A DNA stretch of 64,000 bases, taken from NCBI GenBank assembly GCA_965178125.1, contig OZ237747.1, positions 806,001 to 870,000 on the forward strand, in the 5' to 3' direction. This document shows positions 39,245-51,500 of this stretch, piece after piece (the stretch's first letter is position 1; each line of letters begins with the position of its first letter). Source of the DNA: Bilabrum cf. latius (Eukaryota). Under the pieces are notes generated by a model, which saw nothing but the letters and a program-made list of their open reading frames with translations, was not told the DNA's origin and did not search any database. The position numbers and the translations under genes are program-made.

Positions 39245-39600
39245 GCCTCTAACGTTTTGCACCGCGTTTTCGTTTACGAAACGCCGCAGCTTTCTATTCG
39301 AAGCAAGCACTACAGCCAGCAATGGCGGTAGTTTTACCAGATGATTTCTAAAGCAAGTATGAACCTCACTACAGCTGCACTCTTGCTCTTCGCGTCGTAG
39401 GAAGTCTGCGGCTGGTGCGGCGATGAGCCGTGTGCTGCGGCCGCGGCCGCCGGGCGCCGCGCAATTCAACGGGACACGTGGGGCCTCTAGGCCTACCCGG
39501 AGCAATATGGGATTCAACACATGTCACTGTTGCCAAGGAGGCCATCGAGTCGCACCAGACCCAATACAATTCGGCCCATCAAGAACTATGAGCGGCACTC

Positions 39601-41297
39601 TCACGCCACCACGCACGAGTCGGCGCTGCACAGCCAGCTTGCACTGGCTCTGCCCCCCTCCCCCTCCTCGTCGTGCCCCACGTGCGCCACGCGGTGACCG
39701 CTCACCTCCTTCACCACAGCACCGCCGTCCCCTGCCACCACGCCACCCGAGTTCCCTCCCGAACCCCCTTCTGGTGCCACCGCCCCGCCGGCGCCCTCGG
39801 TCCCAGGAGCATCTGCCACTGAGCCTGCAGCCCCTGCACCGGCTCCATCGCCCGAAGCAGCATCACCGACATCAGCTCCCCCACCCACGCCCAGACGCGC
39901 CGCCGAGGCCCCGTACTCGTTCGCATCCGCAGTCCGGGAACCATCCCCGGTTTTCGCTCCTGACCTTCTTTCAGATCTCGCTCCCTCCCTGCTCCTAGCT
40001 CTGCTCCTGGCAGTCGCACCGCCGCTGCTGCTGCTGCTGCTGCCGGTTGCAACCTCAGAATCATCGGTTGCAGCCCCAGATCCCGCTCCCGCTCCGCGCC
40101 TAGCATCGCCGGCCCTGGATCCAGACGAGGCCGAAGCGGCCGGCGAGCGGGAGGGTCGCAGGGAGCCGTACACGACCTCGGGCGGTGTCCACCCGAGCGC
40201 AGACGCGGCTGCCACGAGAGGAAAATCAGATCCACACCTTATTTTCAGGTCCTCTTTCGAGGAATCCATGCCCTTCGCATCCCCTGCGCTGGCACCGCCG
40301 GCAGCGGCGCCGTCGCTGCCTCTGCTCGTGCTGGCCACGGTTCCAGCTCTGGCGAGCAGCGGAGCAGCTGCTCCAGCCGCGCCTGCCGCCAGAGCGAGCA
40401 TGTCACTGACGGCCCCAAGAATCTCTTCCCCGTGCCGCAGAAACGTGTCATTGTGGCCGCTATCAGAGAATAGCATGATTCGCTTTCTCTCACTGGGTGC
40501 AGAGCTGGAGCGATGCAGCTGAGCTCCTTGGTCGTGCGGAGAGATTTGGTCCTTCTTGCCGTGCACTACCAGTAACGGCAGCGGAATGCTCCTCAGCTTG
40601 CTCGCGTTCGAGAAAGGGCACCCAAGCATGCCAGAGTTGATCAGCTGCTTCGCCACAGGCACTTGGTCGGCGAGCATGCGCACCATTGGCAACTTCGAAA
40701 TGTCTGCGATTGCAGAGTCCAAACACAGAGCCTTCACACGGGGGTTTCCCATCTTTGCTGCGTGTACCGCCGCCCCGCTGCCCATAGATCTCCCATACAG
40801 TACTAAGGGGGCGTCGTCACGAATACCAGCCCAGCTCAGTATCTTGCTGAGGCTGTTCATGGCAGCTTCTGCGTCACTGAGAACGACCGTAAAGTTTGGT
40901 TCACCTGTACTCCATCCGTAGCCACGAAAATCGAACACAATAAGACTGCAACCAATCAGGTGGTACTGGTGCGCGAACATATCGTAGTCGGAAGCAGTCT
41001 GCGATATGAGCGGGATAAAAAAAATAGCAGTCGTGCCATGTTGCTTCCGTTTACTGCTCTCGTGGCGACGACTGGTTCGATCAGGCTCACCTCTCCATTC
41101 CCATGCCACATTAAAACACAGGGAAGCAAAGCAGTATCAGCAGCAGCTGGGTGTGGGTAGGCTCGCATTCCAATTTTTTCCTTCTTGTCAGTGGAGTAGT
41201 GGACAGCGTCCTTTGCCCCAGGAATACGCGACGTCCCTGGTCTCGTACGTCTAGGAAAGAAGCCGACATGTGCAAAGTTGTCCCAAATAGAGGACAT
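39601..41297 (-). CDS. Alpha/beta hydrolase (ABHD13/BEM46-like, ~534 aa); exons 41297-41091 and 40998-39601
   Basis: Splicing intron 41090-40999 (GTGAGC..CGCAG, 92 nt) gives 'WHGNGE|TASDYD'; 'DFRGYGWSTG', nucleophile 'GRSMG', 'HGKKD', 'GHND'; ends TGA. Confidence 0.88.
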
Positions 41298-41427
41298 TGT
41301 CCCTTCAGTGTCGCGGGGTGAATGCTTGAAGTTATTGTCACCCTACAAAGTGCCGCGAGTCTGGTATTGGTGCGACCACCCGCATCGCGATGTCCCGTGC
41401 GATCCAAAGTTCTCGTCGGGATTTACA

Positions 41428-43709
41428 ATGGGCTGTGGAGCCAGCAACTTGGGCCAAGAAGCCAATAGTACGGCTAGATCCGCAGGTGCACCTGCTGATG
41501 CCAACGTCCAGGCCCCACGCGACGGGTTGAAGACTGGAACACCTGCAGTTGCTGTCAGCCGAGAATCAATCCTTGATGGCTCTGTTGAGGTATACGTAGC
41601 GTAGAGTGACGGAACAGGGGCAAGTGCAGCCCTGCGACTTGCACTTGTTCTGTGTGGCGCTAAGGTACGAGATATTCCCGAATAGCAGGCTGTGAGAGAC
41701 GGTTCGGCAGTTGCCTGGGTTGGACAGACACTAGGAGTAGTTTGGCAGGCAGCCCCAGGAGTACCGTGTACGGCAATTGATAATTATCTGAAAGTTCATG
41801 CTTGACTCTCGCGTCGCAGAAACATGGCGCTCCTGGAGCCCTGTGCGCAATCGACTCATCAAGCGGCACGCTGGCTCCGGTTGAGGGAGCTGCCGATTCT
41901 CCTTCAGCGGTACGCTTCATCATCGGCACCTCGGTCCCTCCCAAGCCTTCTAAGGAATGGGCGACAACTGTTCAAAATGCAGGCAAAGCTGTGGCCATTG
42001 CGTCCGGGGAGCTCATGGAACTCGCAGAGCAAGTCGCTTGCGATTCAAGGCCGCCCATGCAGAAGAAGCTGCGTCCAAAGCTGCGCGCAGCAGTGCAAGA
42101 ACTGGAGCAAGCTGTTAAATCGGCCGCAGCTGTAGCTCGAAGCGGGCACGACGAACAAGACGAGGACTTCGCGGCCACCGGCGGCTGGCTCTTCAGCTCA
42201 AAGGAGGGTGCATGGGGCCAGAACCCCACCGAGGCAGACCTCTGGGTGATCGCGGCTCTCCAGGCGCTCGAACGGGTGCGTGCGGTGCGGCAGTGGGATG
42301 CACTCACTGGCAGGCAGGTGGATGAGAGCTGCGGTCCCCCCGAAGCACAGGCCGTGCTGAAGCAGGGCAAGGCGATCAAACGGGCGCTTGAGGCGCGCGG
42401 TGTGCACATGGGGCGAAGCAAGGACGAGGGGGGTGCGGGGGAGGGGGAGAAGAGGGGCCAACTCGAGTCCAAGGAAGGTGAGGAGGAGAGCAAATCCGGC
42501 GATGCAGCCGCCGGTGATGAAAGCCAAGGGATGGTCGGGGGGGGAGGGGCTGCTGCCGCCGCTGCTGCCGGGGAGGTGGCGCAGGGCACAGCGGATGCAG
42601 GAACCGCAGACCCCAGCCAGATCAAGGCCCAGACAAACGGCTCGGGTGGCGGTGGGGCTTGCGCTGAGCTAAAGGCCCGCTGGGATTGGGCAAAGTTGCA
42701 GCCGTTCGCTAAAGATGTGCTGCTAACCGACGAGGCCCAAATCGTGGCCGCTGCGGTTGCCTCTGGCAAGGTGAAGATGCTGGCGCCCCTCAGCGCGGGG
42801 AGATGCCAGCACGAGTCCATCAGGTTCTGGAAGGCCTACTGCGTTGAGCTGGCGCGCATCGCTGCTTTCGGAAAAGGTCGGGGGGAGGACACTGGTGGGG
42901 CGGATCCCGATGCCATCAAGGCCTGCAGGGAGATCGAAGGACCTCTCGATTCGAAGCAGGCGCTGGCGCACCTCGCAAAGTACTACCGCCTTCTGACGGA
43001 TCTGCTCAAAGGCCACTCCGAGATGGAGGACGATGCTCTGTACCCTGCCTTCGAGAAGAGACACCCGGGGATGACTGCGGCGCCTTCTGCTGATCACGAG
43101 AGGGAGATTCCGATGATGCAGGATCTGTGCGGGAGGATTGTAGCAGCTGCTCAGGCTGATTTGGAGGGCGGAGCGATGCCAGAGGGCACCACGCAGGAGG
43201 TCCCGGCCTGGGGCGGGCAGCAAGAGGGCAGCTCCGGTGATACTGTTAGCGTTCTTGCGGGGTTGTTTATGGAAGTGGACCACCTCGCCGACGCGATGGA
43301 GGAGCACCTGCGTTTGGAGGAGCGCACTCTCTTCCCGCTGCTCAAGGAGCTCAACCCGAAGAAGGACCACCCGGCGCTGTTTGCGGCTGCTTTTGGGAAG
43401 TGTGATACTTATCGCAAGGACCTGTTTCCGTTCGTAATAGCTGGCATGCCGGGGCATTGGGCGGGGCAGTACCTCTTCAACGTGCAGCGTCATATGAAGG
43501 GCGAGCATGGCGACCTGGCGGATCTCGATGGGCATTGCGATTTTATAGCAGCTGGAGAGGCAGACGAACGGATACAACCGGACAAGGTGCGGCTGGCTTG
43601 CATGTGGGCACCCATGTACGCTCGGGGTATCACACAAGCGAGAGAGCGACTCCGCGCAGCCGGCAGTGGCGGTGCCGTAGCGTCAGCCGCCGGCGAGGCA
43701 CAGGGGTGA
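41428..43709 (+). CDS. Putatively N-acylated (MGCGAS) protein with GST-like region and hemerythrin HHE domain (~708 aa); exons 41428-41664 and 41820-43709; 1 in-frame TAG
   Basis: Intron 41665-41819 (GTACGA..CGCAG). GST_C-like 'GGWLF...PTEADL'; hemerythrin 'HESIR...HSEMEDDALYP...DHERE...HLRLEERTLFPLL'; ends TGA. Confidence 0.75.
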
Positions 43710-44020
43710 ATCTGCATGACTACTGTCTTGCGCGCTATACCTCGACACTTTTATTCCTCAAGTACGATAGAATTATCAGCTCATGATGAGCCAAACATAC
43801 CTGTAGCACATACTATGCATTCATGCTGCGTCGCACATATCCCCGTCACACCGTGACCCCTTCGCCGTCCCGGTTCCGGCTCGGCGCTCGGGTCCGCCGG
43901 CGGCATCACTTAAAGCAGCGTCTCGGGATATACCATTCAAGCACTTTATAGGCCATATCATTAATTGGGGTTGCTATCAAGTATTTGAGACGCGATTGCA
44001 GCCTCTAAAGGGTTGAAAAC

Positions 44021-47000
44021 ATGGACTAGTAGCCCGAACCGAGCATTGCAGAAACCAAAGTCCCAATCGCGAAGAAAGCCTGCCAGCCGTGTGCAGATGC
44101 CAAGCGTAAATGCTCAGATTCAAGACCGTGCCCAAGATGCGTCCGCCTCGGTATCGCCTAGCAATGTGTGGAGCGGGTGCGAGGCCTAACACGCGCAGAG
44201 TTGCGAGCTCAGCGGGAGATGCAGCAGGTGCACCATCTAACGCAGCACGGCATGCAGTTCGGGCTGCCTAGTAATCCATTCGGACATGGTCCACACCCTT
44301 CTGGCGACCCACTTGGCGTTTCGAGCGCGGCCTTTAACCACAATACTCGGCCTGTTTTGCAGTCAACACCAGGTTCGCAATATTGGTAGCAGCTGCACGC
44401 ACAGCAGCAGCTGGATATGCAAAATTAGCTATTGGAGCAAGCAAGGCGGTAGAATGCGCACTTAGAGATGGAACTCCTCGCAAGGCAGCGAGCAGCGGCG
44501 CTCATGCATACATAGCACGGAGGCCTTTCAAGCTACTCCACCCTGCTTGCAGATGGAACCAGCGCGTTGAATCAGTCGGTGCTTACAGGCTAGACTGGCA
44601 CCATGGGCCGAGCTTTGACGTTCCAAGGCCCTGCTGCGCCGGCTATGGCAGCATCTGAAATTCCGCAGAATCTTGGTTTGCCTCTCACCATCAGAGACCG
44701 TGAGCAAAGCCAACACGCGCGAAATCAAAAGAGCAGGATCTCTCTGTGCAAGGATTGTGTCGCTTGACGCGCTTTGCACCGACCTTGCGATCTGCCCGCA
44801 TCGTTCAGCTTGAATTCTGATCTGCAAATCTCGCAGCTGGAGTGGTACCGAACGACACGATGAGACGTGACGTTGGTGAAACTCGTGGTCAACTTGCAGC
44901 CGCTGCTAAGCAGCTTCGCGAGGCCCTGGAAAACGCTGCAGCCGGGCATGTAGCCACCTCTGCCTCTGGTATGCATCCCGGCCGAAACTGGATGATTGAC
45001 TGCGATTCTGCTGCCGGCCTGCCCGTGACCACAGCACAACATTCAATTGAATCGCACTCAAGCAAGCCCGCCAGCGTTGGAGTTTCTTCTGCGCTCAGCG
45101 GCGGCGGAGAGCTTGGACGGCACCATGCAGGGGCCACGAGCACTGTGCTGTCGAGTGGAGGTCCACCAGTCGGTGCGAAGCGCGATAGAGTGGCCGTTGG
45201 TGAGGCTTCAAGTCACCATCTTGTGCTCAATATGCCGCAGCATGGTGTGAGCAGTCTCGTCGACGAGCCACCAGCGCCGAAGCGCGCTCGCACGGCACCG
45301 GCCGCCGATGCGGCAGTCATGCAGACTGATTCACCGACGCTCAGTGCTCGGCCTCGAGCGCAACCTGCCCCACAAGATGCACAGCAGACTTACGCCAGTG
45401 CTAAGGCAACTAGCAGCCTGGATCTCCCCACTGTGCAGGCCAATGATATTGGCAGCAGCGCGCCGTCGACAGCACAGGAGCCATCATCTACAGGAATGTC
45501 TGCCGAGAAGTTGGGAGAGATCGTGGACGAGCTTCCCACATGCGCGGAAATTGAGCTCCGAGTTGCCTCCGTCGTGTCTATGGGCCGAAGGAGGGGCGGA
45601 GTCGAGGCGGCATTGCGGAATGCTTCGGCAGCAATCGCTCGAGAGATCCGGAGCACAGGGTCAAGGCACATAGATGGCCTGACACCCAGCCCGGGTGCCT
45701 TCGGAGATCTTGCGGCGGAGCTGCAGGCGCACACCGCGCGCCTTTACAGTGCAGCACTCCGCGCAGCAGTGCAATGCAGCCGTTTGCAGCAGCGCCGCCG
45801 TCCCATGGCCGGACAAAAGGCCCAGGCCCAGCACGGCTCATCGTCCGGCTCGGGAGCCGGTTCGCCTCCTCCTGCTGCACCTATCCCGCAGCACGAGCTG
45901 GATTGCTGCGTCGCCGCCGCCGTGCTTTCATCGTGCCCCGTGCCCATCATGTCGGTGTACATGCCCAAGGAGCTGGACCCCGCGCAGATCCAGGGATCCC
46001 TTCAGTCGCTGATGAAGCAGGTCCGACGTGACGCGAGTCTGGACCGTGCCATGGAAACCACCCTCGAACAGCAGGAGCCCCGTTCGGCCGAGCCGCCAGA
46101 CTTGAATGTACCGTCGTCCTCTTCAGTGGGTAGAGGGACTCCCGGCTCTGCCACTGGTGCGTATGTGCAGCTATCTTGGGATCCGGCGACTGCAGGGCTG
46201 GAGGCAGCGCTGGCGACGCACGCCTGGTGCAGCAGCCCCGCCATGTCGGCCGTGCTTGGCTACGACCTGCGGAGGCACGGTCATTTGGAGAGTCAAGGCG
46301 TGAGGGACGTGAGCCTGAATGAGGGCAATGGGGCCGGTTCACAGCTACTAATTCTAATTGTGAGTCAGCTGAGGGCGCGCACTGCCCTTGTGCCCAACTG
46401 TCGCGTGCTACAGATAGCTGCCTAGACGGAGACTATGGCTGCCTAGCAGAACACCCGCCTGAATGCTGACGAAGTTGCGTAGGCAGTGTCAGCTGGCCGC
46501 ATTTTCCACAGGCGGAGGGTTGCGGCTGAGCAGGGCGGCAGGCAGGCAGCAGCCGGAAGTGCGGGGCTGTCCTCTTCGTCCCCTGGTGTCGTGTCATCGT
46601 GGCGACAAATGCTGCAGGCCGCAGCCGCACAGGAAGGTGCTGCAACGACAGCTAATGCTGGTACCAGCAGCGGGGCGACACGGACTACCACCGCCACACA
46701 AGAGCCCAGCATCCGCCTGGGGACCGGGCGCAAGCTAGCCGTGGTTGAGCTCGCGTCTGATGTAGTCCTGTCGTTCTCGTACCACCCTGCAACCCGCCGC
46801 GCCTTGACAGCAGCACAAGCGGCAGACACGCTCAGCCGCACAGACCCGCTGGAAGAGACAGATATCCCGGCGAACGCACTGGCAGGCAATGAAGACAAGC
46901 CGAGCTTTCCGTTTGGTGCCATCGCATTCCCGCGCGCAGAAGCCAGCACAACGGCACGGTCGCGTGTAGACCCAGAAACGGGCGGAATGGATCGTCGCGA

Positions 47001-48306
47001 CGAAGCGGGGGCCGACTCCGCTTCGACTTCAGTGGCATCTGACTCGGGGGGTGATGCTGCCACTGTGGACGCTCCGGATGCACAGCGCGACGGGTCCGTT
47101 GGGGTGCCCGCTGGCCTGTCTGGAGCTGCAAGGCAGCGCAGGGGTGCGGCACATGGCGACTCCTCTGGGGAACAAGAATCAGAAGATAGTGCCCTACCCA
47201 CAGAAGGAGGCGAGCTGGCAGCGATGAGCTAGGACCTGCGCTCTGTGACGGCTTGCTACCTGGACCGTGGGGCCATCGATCGAGACGTGATGGCACTCTG
47301 GGCAGAGCAGCAGCTCAAGCGAAGGTCGAGAGATGCGGGTGTGCCACCCACGTCCCTCCCTTCTTCGAGCACGCAGTCGCTGCAAGCACCGGGCAACGCC
47401 AGTGGGGCGCCCGTGCTGCTGGAGCGCGAGTCCGCGGTCTGCGCCGCGTTCCGCGACCTGGACGCAGAGATAGGCGAGCAGACTACTCTTGCGGGTGACT
47501 CCAGCAGCGAGGGGGCCTGGTGTGAGCTGACCGGTATCAAGATCGAAGAATCGATCCAAGACAGGTTCCGTGTTGACTTGGGGGCAGACCGGGCGGACGT
47601 GTGCACGGCGATGGGGGGTCTAATCCGGGTAAGGGGGCGATTTGATCCGATCGTTTGCTCCCTGGGAGCCCCCATGCGGAAGCAGATCGCCGCTGCGATC
47701 GATGCCTGCGACAGCACTGGGACGGCCTCTGTGCTTGCGGGGCTCAGGGCACAGCTGGGGGGCGCGATGGGGGCCCTCACCGGGCTGTGTCCCATGGCTG
47801 GGGAACAAGAGCAAGCGGGGGCGGGGGCGGGGGAGGCTGGATCGGGCCAAGGCAAGGGCTCAAGGCCAGTATCCCCAGCCAGCGTGCTGAATTTGTTCGG
47901 AACCGACGAGTCAGTGCGAGCCACCACCGCGGTGCCAACGCAGGTCGCCTCAAGCGCAACTTCCAGCAGCTCCATCTCCAGCGGCAGCACGCAGCAAGAC
48001 AGCCTGCAAATCCCTGCTCTGTGCAGCGTTGCCACATCGCTCGGTATGGTTCGTTCGAGGCTGCCAATCTGCTCCAAGTTGGCCGCGCGCGTCATCGTAG
48101 ATCTGGCCGAGCAAGAAAGGCAGCGGGTGGTTTCACGCAGCGCCCAACTGGCGTCAGCTGGCGGCGCAGATGACGGCCCAGGCTGCGGCGTTCAGGCAGA
48201 GATGGACGGTGTCAGTGGCAAGCAGGGGTCTTCATCTATAGGCACTGCTGCGTTAAGGCGCCAGGATGAGCTGGATGCATCTGGAGGCGCGATTTCGCTC
48301 TCATGA
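44021..48306 (+). CDS. Zn(II)2Cys6 transcription factor, paralog B (~1,382 aa); exons 44021-44699 and 44837-48306; about 12 in-frame TAG
   Basis: Begins ATG GAC TAG TAG; 'KKACQPCADAKRKCSDSRPCPRCVRLGIA*QC'; Gln-rich region; phase-1 intron 44700-44836 (GTGAGC..CGCAG, 137 nt); ends TGA. Confidence 0.8.
47633..47850 (+). repeat. Copy 2 of the ~220 bp near-identical inverted repeat
   Basis: Matches the reverse complement of 35582-35805. Confidence 0.92.
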
Positions 48307-48568
48307 GCGAGTCGACGTTGGGACCAGCAGGCCGATGATTGGGGAGGGGCCGCTGAGTAAAGACTAAGAGAAATGAGCTGTAGCACTGATACGGACTGAT
48401 ACTGGTACTGATACTGATACCAATACAGCGGTGAAGTGCCTTAGTACCAGCTTAGAATGACTCGAACAAAGGCTGCACCAGACGCACGCCAGTTTTTGGG
48501 TTGCTCCGCTCATCACACGCAAGCACTGTTGCCAAAATTCCTGTCGGCTTGGAAAGCCACAATAGAGC

Positions 48569-51500
48569 ATGGCACACACTGTAGATCTTGACACACTGGA
48601 AAAAATCCAGAGATCTTCGTCTCATGTGCGTAATATCTGCGTGCTAGCACATGTTGACCACGGGAAAACTACGTGAGACAACATCCAGAGTGGTTCTTGA
48701 AGTAACACTACAACATCAGTCAGCAGTACTCCTTCTCAGATAAGCAAAATCTTTCGCAGACTGTCTGATAGTTTGATTGCGTCTAATGGTATTATCAGCC
48801 CGACCCTTGCCGGACAGCTTCGCTACATGGATTCAACGGAGGAAGAGCAACTCCGCGGTATCACTATGAAAAGCAGCGCAATCACGCTCCTACACTACGA
48901 TAGGCCGTTTAGAGACATTAAGAAAAAGCTCAAGGCCAAGGCTGCTGCGCGAGCCGATGAAATGCTGTCCAAAGGAGCGACCGTATCGGAGTGCGAGCTG
49001 GTTCGAGCTACGTTGCCACAGCGGGTACCGTACCTGGTTAATTTAATTGACTCACCCGGCCATGTAGATTTTTCAGCGGATGTTTCGACAGCTGTTCGCA
49101 TGTGTGACGGGGCTCTTGTTGTCGTTGACGTGGGAGAAGGCGTGTGTTCTCAGACGCACGCCGTTCTGAAGGCGGCTTGGTCCGAGCGTGCTCGCATGGT
49201 TCTGGTCCTTAACAAGGTAGACAGACTCATAGTTGAACTTGGTATGACTCCAGATGATGCCTACGAACACTTGCGGCAGATTATCCAGGAAGTGAACGTG
49301 ATCTGCAGCAACCATTTCCGGGCTGGGCTGCTTGAATCCGAGCAGGAAGACAGTGACGCTGCACTAGGAACCGAGAGATCCTCATCGACTCCAGCTCTAT
49401 CCCAAGCAGCAGCTGCTGCTTCCGAAGGCGACCCGGGCAAGATTGCGGTCGGGGAGAGCAAATCGGGCGATGAGCCAAAATCACTCGATTCCGACTTGTT
49501 CGCTCGCTGGGCTGTCGACGTGGACGAGAAGCAAGAGAGCAAGAGCTTCTTCGACCCTTGCAAAGGGAACGTGGTTTTTGCGTCTGCGAACACATCGTGG
49601 GCGTTCGGTATTGAGGATTTCGTTGGGCCGGTTGCAAGCAAAACGGGGCTGTCCGAGCAGCTGCTCCGTAACACTCTCTGGGGAGATTTTGCCCTGAAGC
49701 TTCCCGATTCCGATAAAACCAAGGGGAAAAGCGCAAAGGGAAAGGGAAAGGGCAAGTTGAAGAGCAAAGGCAAGGGTGCTTCGAAGGCTGACGAGACATC
49801 GGAATCAAGCGCTCCCAAAGTCGTTCAGATTAAGAGACGAAGCGCGGCTCTTGCTGGCGGAGCTACAGCCGTGGGATTGGGTGCGATATCAGATCCTGGT
49901 ACCAAGAAGGCGCGGCGCCCGATGGCAGCGGAACTCGTCCTGGACAGCCTCTGGAGGGCATACCGGTACGCTAAGCAGGAACCGAACCCGAAAAAAGCGA
50001 GCAAGCTGGCGAAGCAATTCGGAGCTGAAATCACGGAGGGCGAGCTAGCGGGGTGCAAGGACGCCACGGCCATGCTCAGGTGCCTCATGCGCGCGTGGCT
50101 GCCACTACCAAAGGCGATCATGCGCGCCGTGGCCAAATCGCTGCCTTCGCCCGACGAGGCAGCGCCGATCCGAGTCGATCGGATCATGCCTGAGGTTCCG
50201 CAGCGAATGGCGCCGCGCCTTCGCAGCCACGTGGAGCGAGTGCGCCGCGCGGTGGCTGCGTGTGACGGATCGGACGACGCTCCGTGCGTGGCCTTTGTGA
50301 GCAAGATGGTGGCTGTTCCCCAGAAGCAAGTGCCTGCTCCCTTGCACGCAGCCTCGTCGAGTGGGGGCGATGCACAGGTGGCCGCATCTTCATCTTCATC
50401 TCCTGGTGCTGCGGCGAGCGGGGCCTCCTCCACCCGCCCCCCAGGGGATCGAAGCGGCCTGGGGGGGTTCCCCGGCAGCGACCTGCAGGGATTCGAGAAG
50501 CAGATCGTGCGGAACCTCGGCGGCGCCGCGGCGGACGCCTGGGGAGGGGGTGGCGATGCAGGAAAGTGCCCAGAGGTGCGGGCTCAGCTGTTTGCGCGCG
50601 GCGCCTCGGATGTTCCGCTCGCCGAGTCGCCAGAAGGATCCACTCGAGATGCCGCGGAGATTGCTGGCTCCGGTGTACGCGATTCCAGCGGTTCCAGCGG
50701 CCTGAATTCCAGAAGCGACGAGGATTCCGAGGTGTTTGTAGGATTTGCGAGGGTGTTCAGCGGCGTGCTTCGGCCGAACCGCCCTGTGTTTGTGCTGGGG
50801 CCCAAGTACGACCCCTCGAGAGCGTACCGCCAAGGGGGGCAGCACATTTCCCAGACGTGGGCCCCTCTGGGCCTCTACATGATGATGGGCAGGGAGCTCA
50901 GCGCGCTGCGGTGCGTCCCCGCCGGGTGCGTCGCGGCTATTTCCGGTTTGGAGGGTCACGTGCTCAAGGCTGCGACGGTGTGCAGCACCCCTGCCTGCCT
51001 GCCCCTGAGCCCCATGGCGTTCTAGACCATCCCGCTGGTGCAGGTATCCGTTGAGCCTGGCGACGTGGCCGACCTGCCCAAGTTGAGGCGGGGGCTGCAG
51101 CTCCTGAACCAGTCAGATCCGTGCGTGGAAGTATCCGTTGACTCGAGTGAGTTTGTCGGTCCGCAGTTGCTCCGTTGTTCCCTTCCCACCGCCGATCCGA
51201 CAGGTGTCGACTGTTTTCGCTGTGCATGTTTCTCGGGATCCGCCGCGGATGGCTGTGCCGTAGCATGCCTTTTTCTTCATTTTTAGAGCTGCATCAAATG
51301 GTCCCTTGCATTCCTTCCTGCGTCCGCTTTCATTGCGCAGATGGTGCCTTGCTCGTGGCTGCCCTCGGGGAGCTGCACCTGCAGCGGTGCCTCAAGGAAC
51401 TCGAGAGAAGGTTCGCTAGGTGCAAGGTACTTCCCTCTGACCCCATCGTGAATCTCAAAGAGACCATCGTCGGGCCGGCGCCGAGAAGCACTGCATTGCA

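Noticed and set aside
35582-47850. Inverted repeats as terminal inverted repeats of a transposon or endogenous virophage/Polinton
   Set aside because: The repeats are internal coding segments of two paralogous genes. The enclosed genes are ordinary cellular genes, with no transposase, integrase or capsid and no GC shift.
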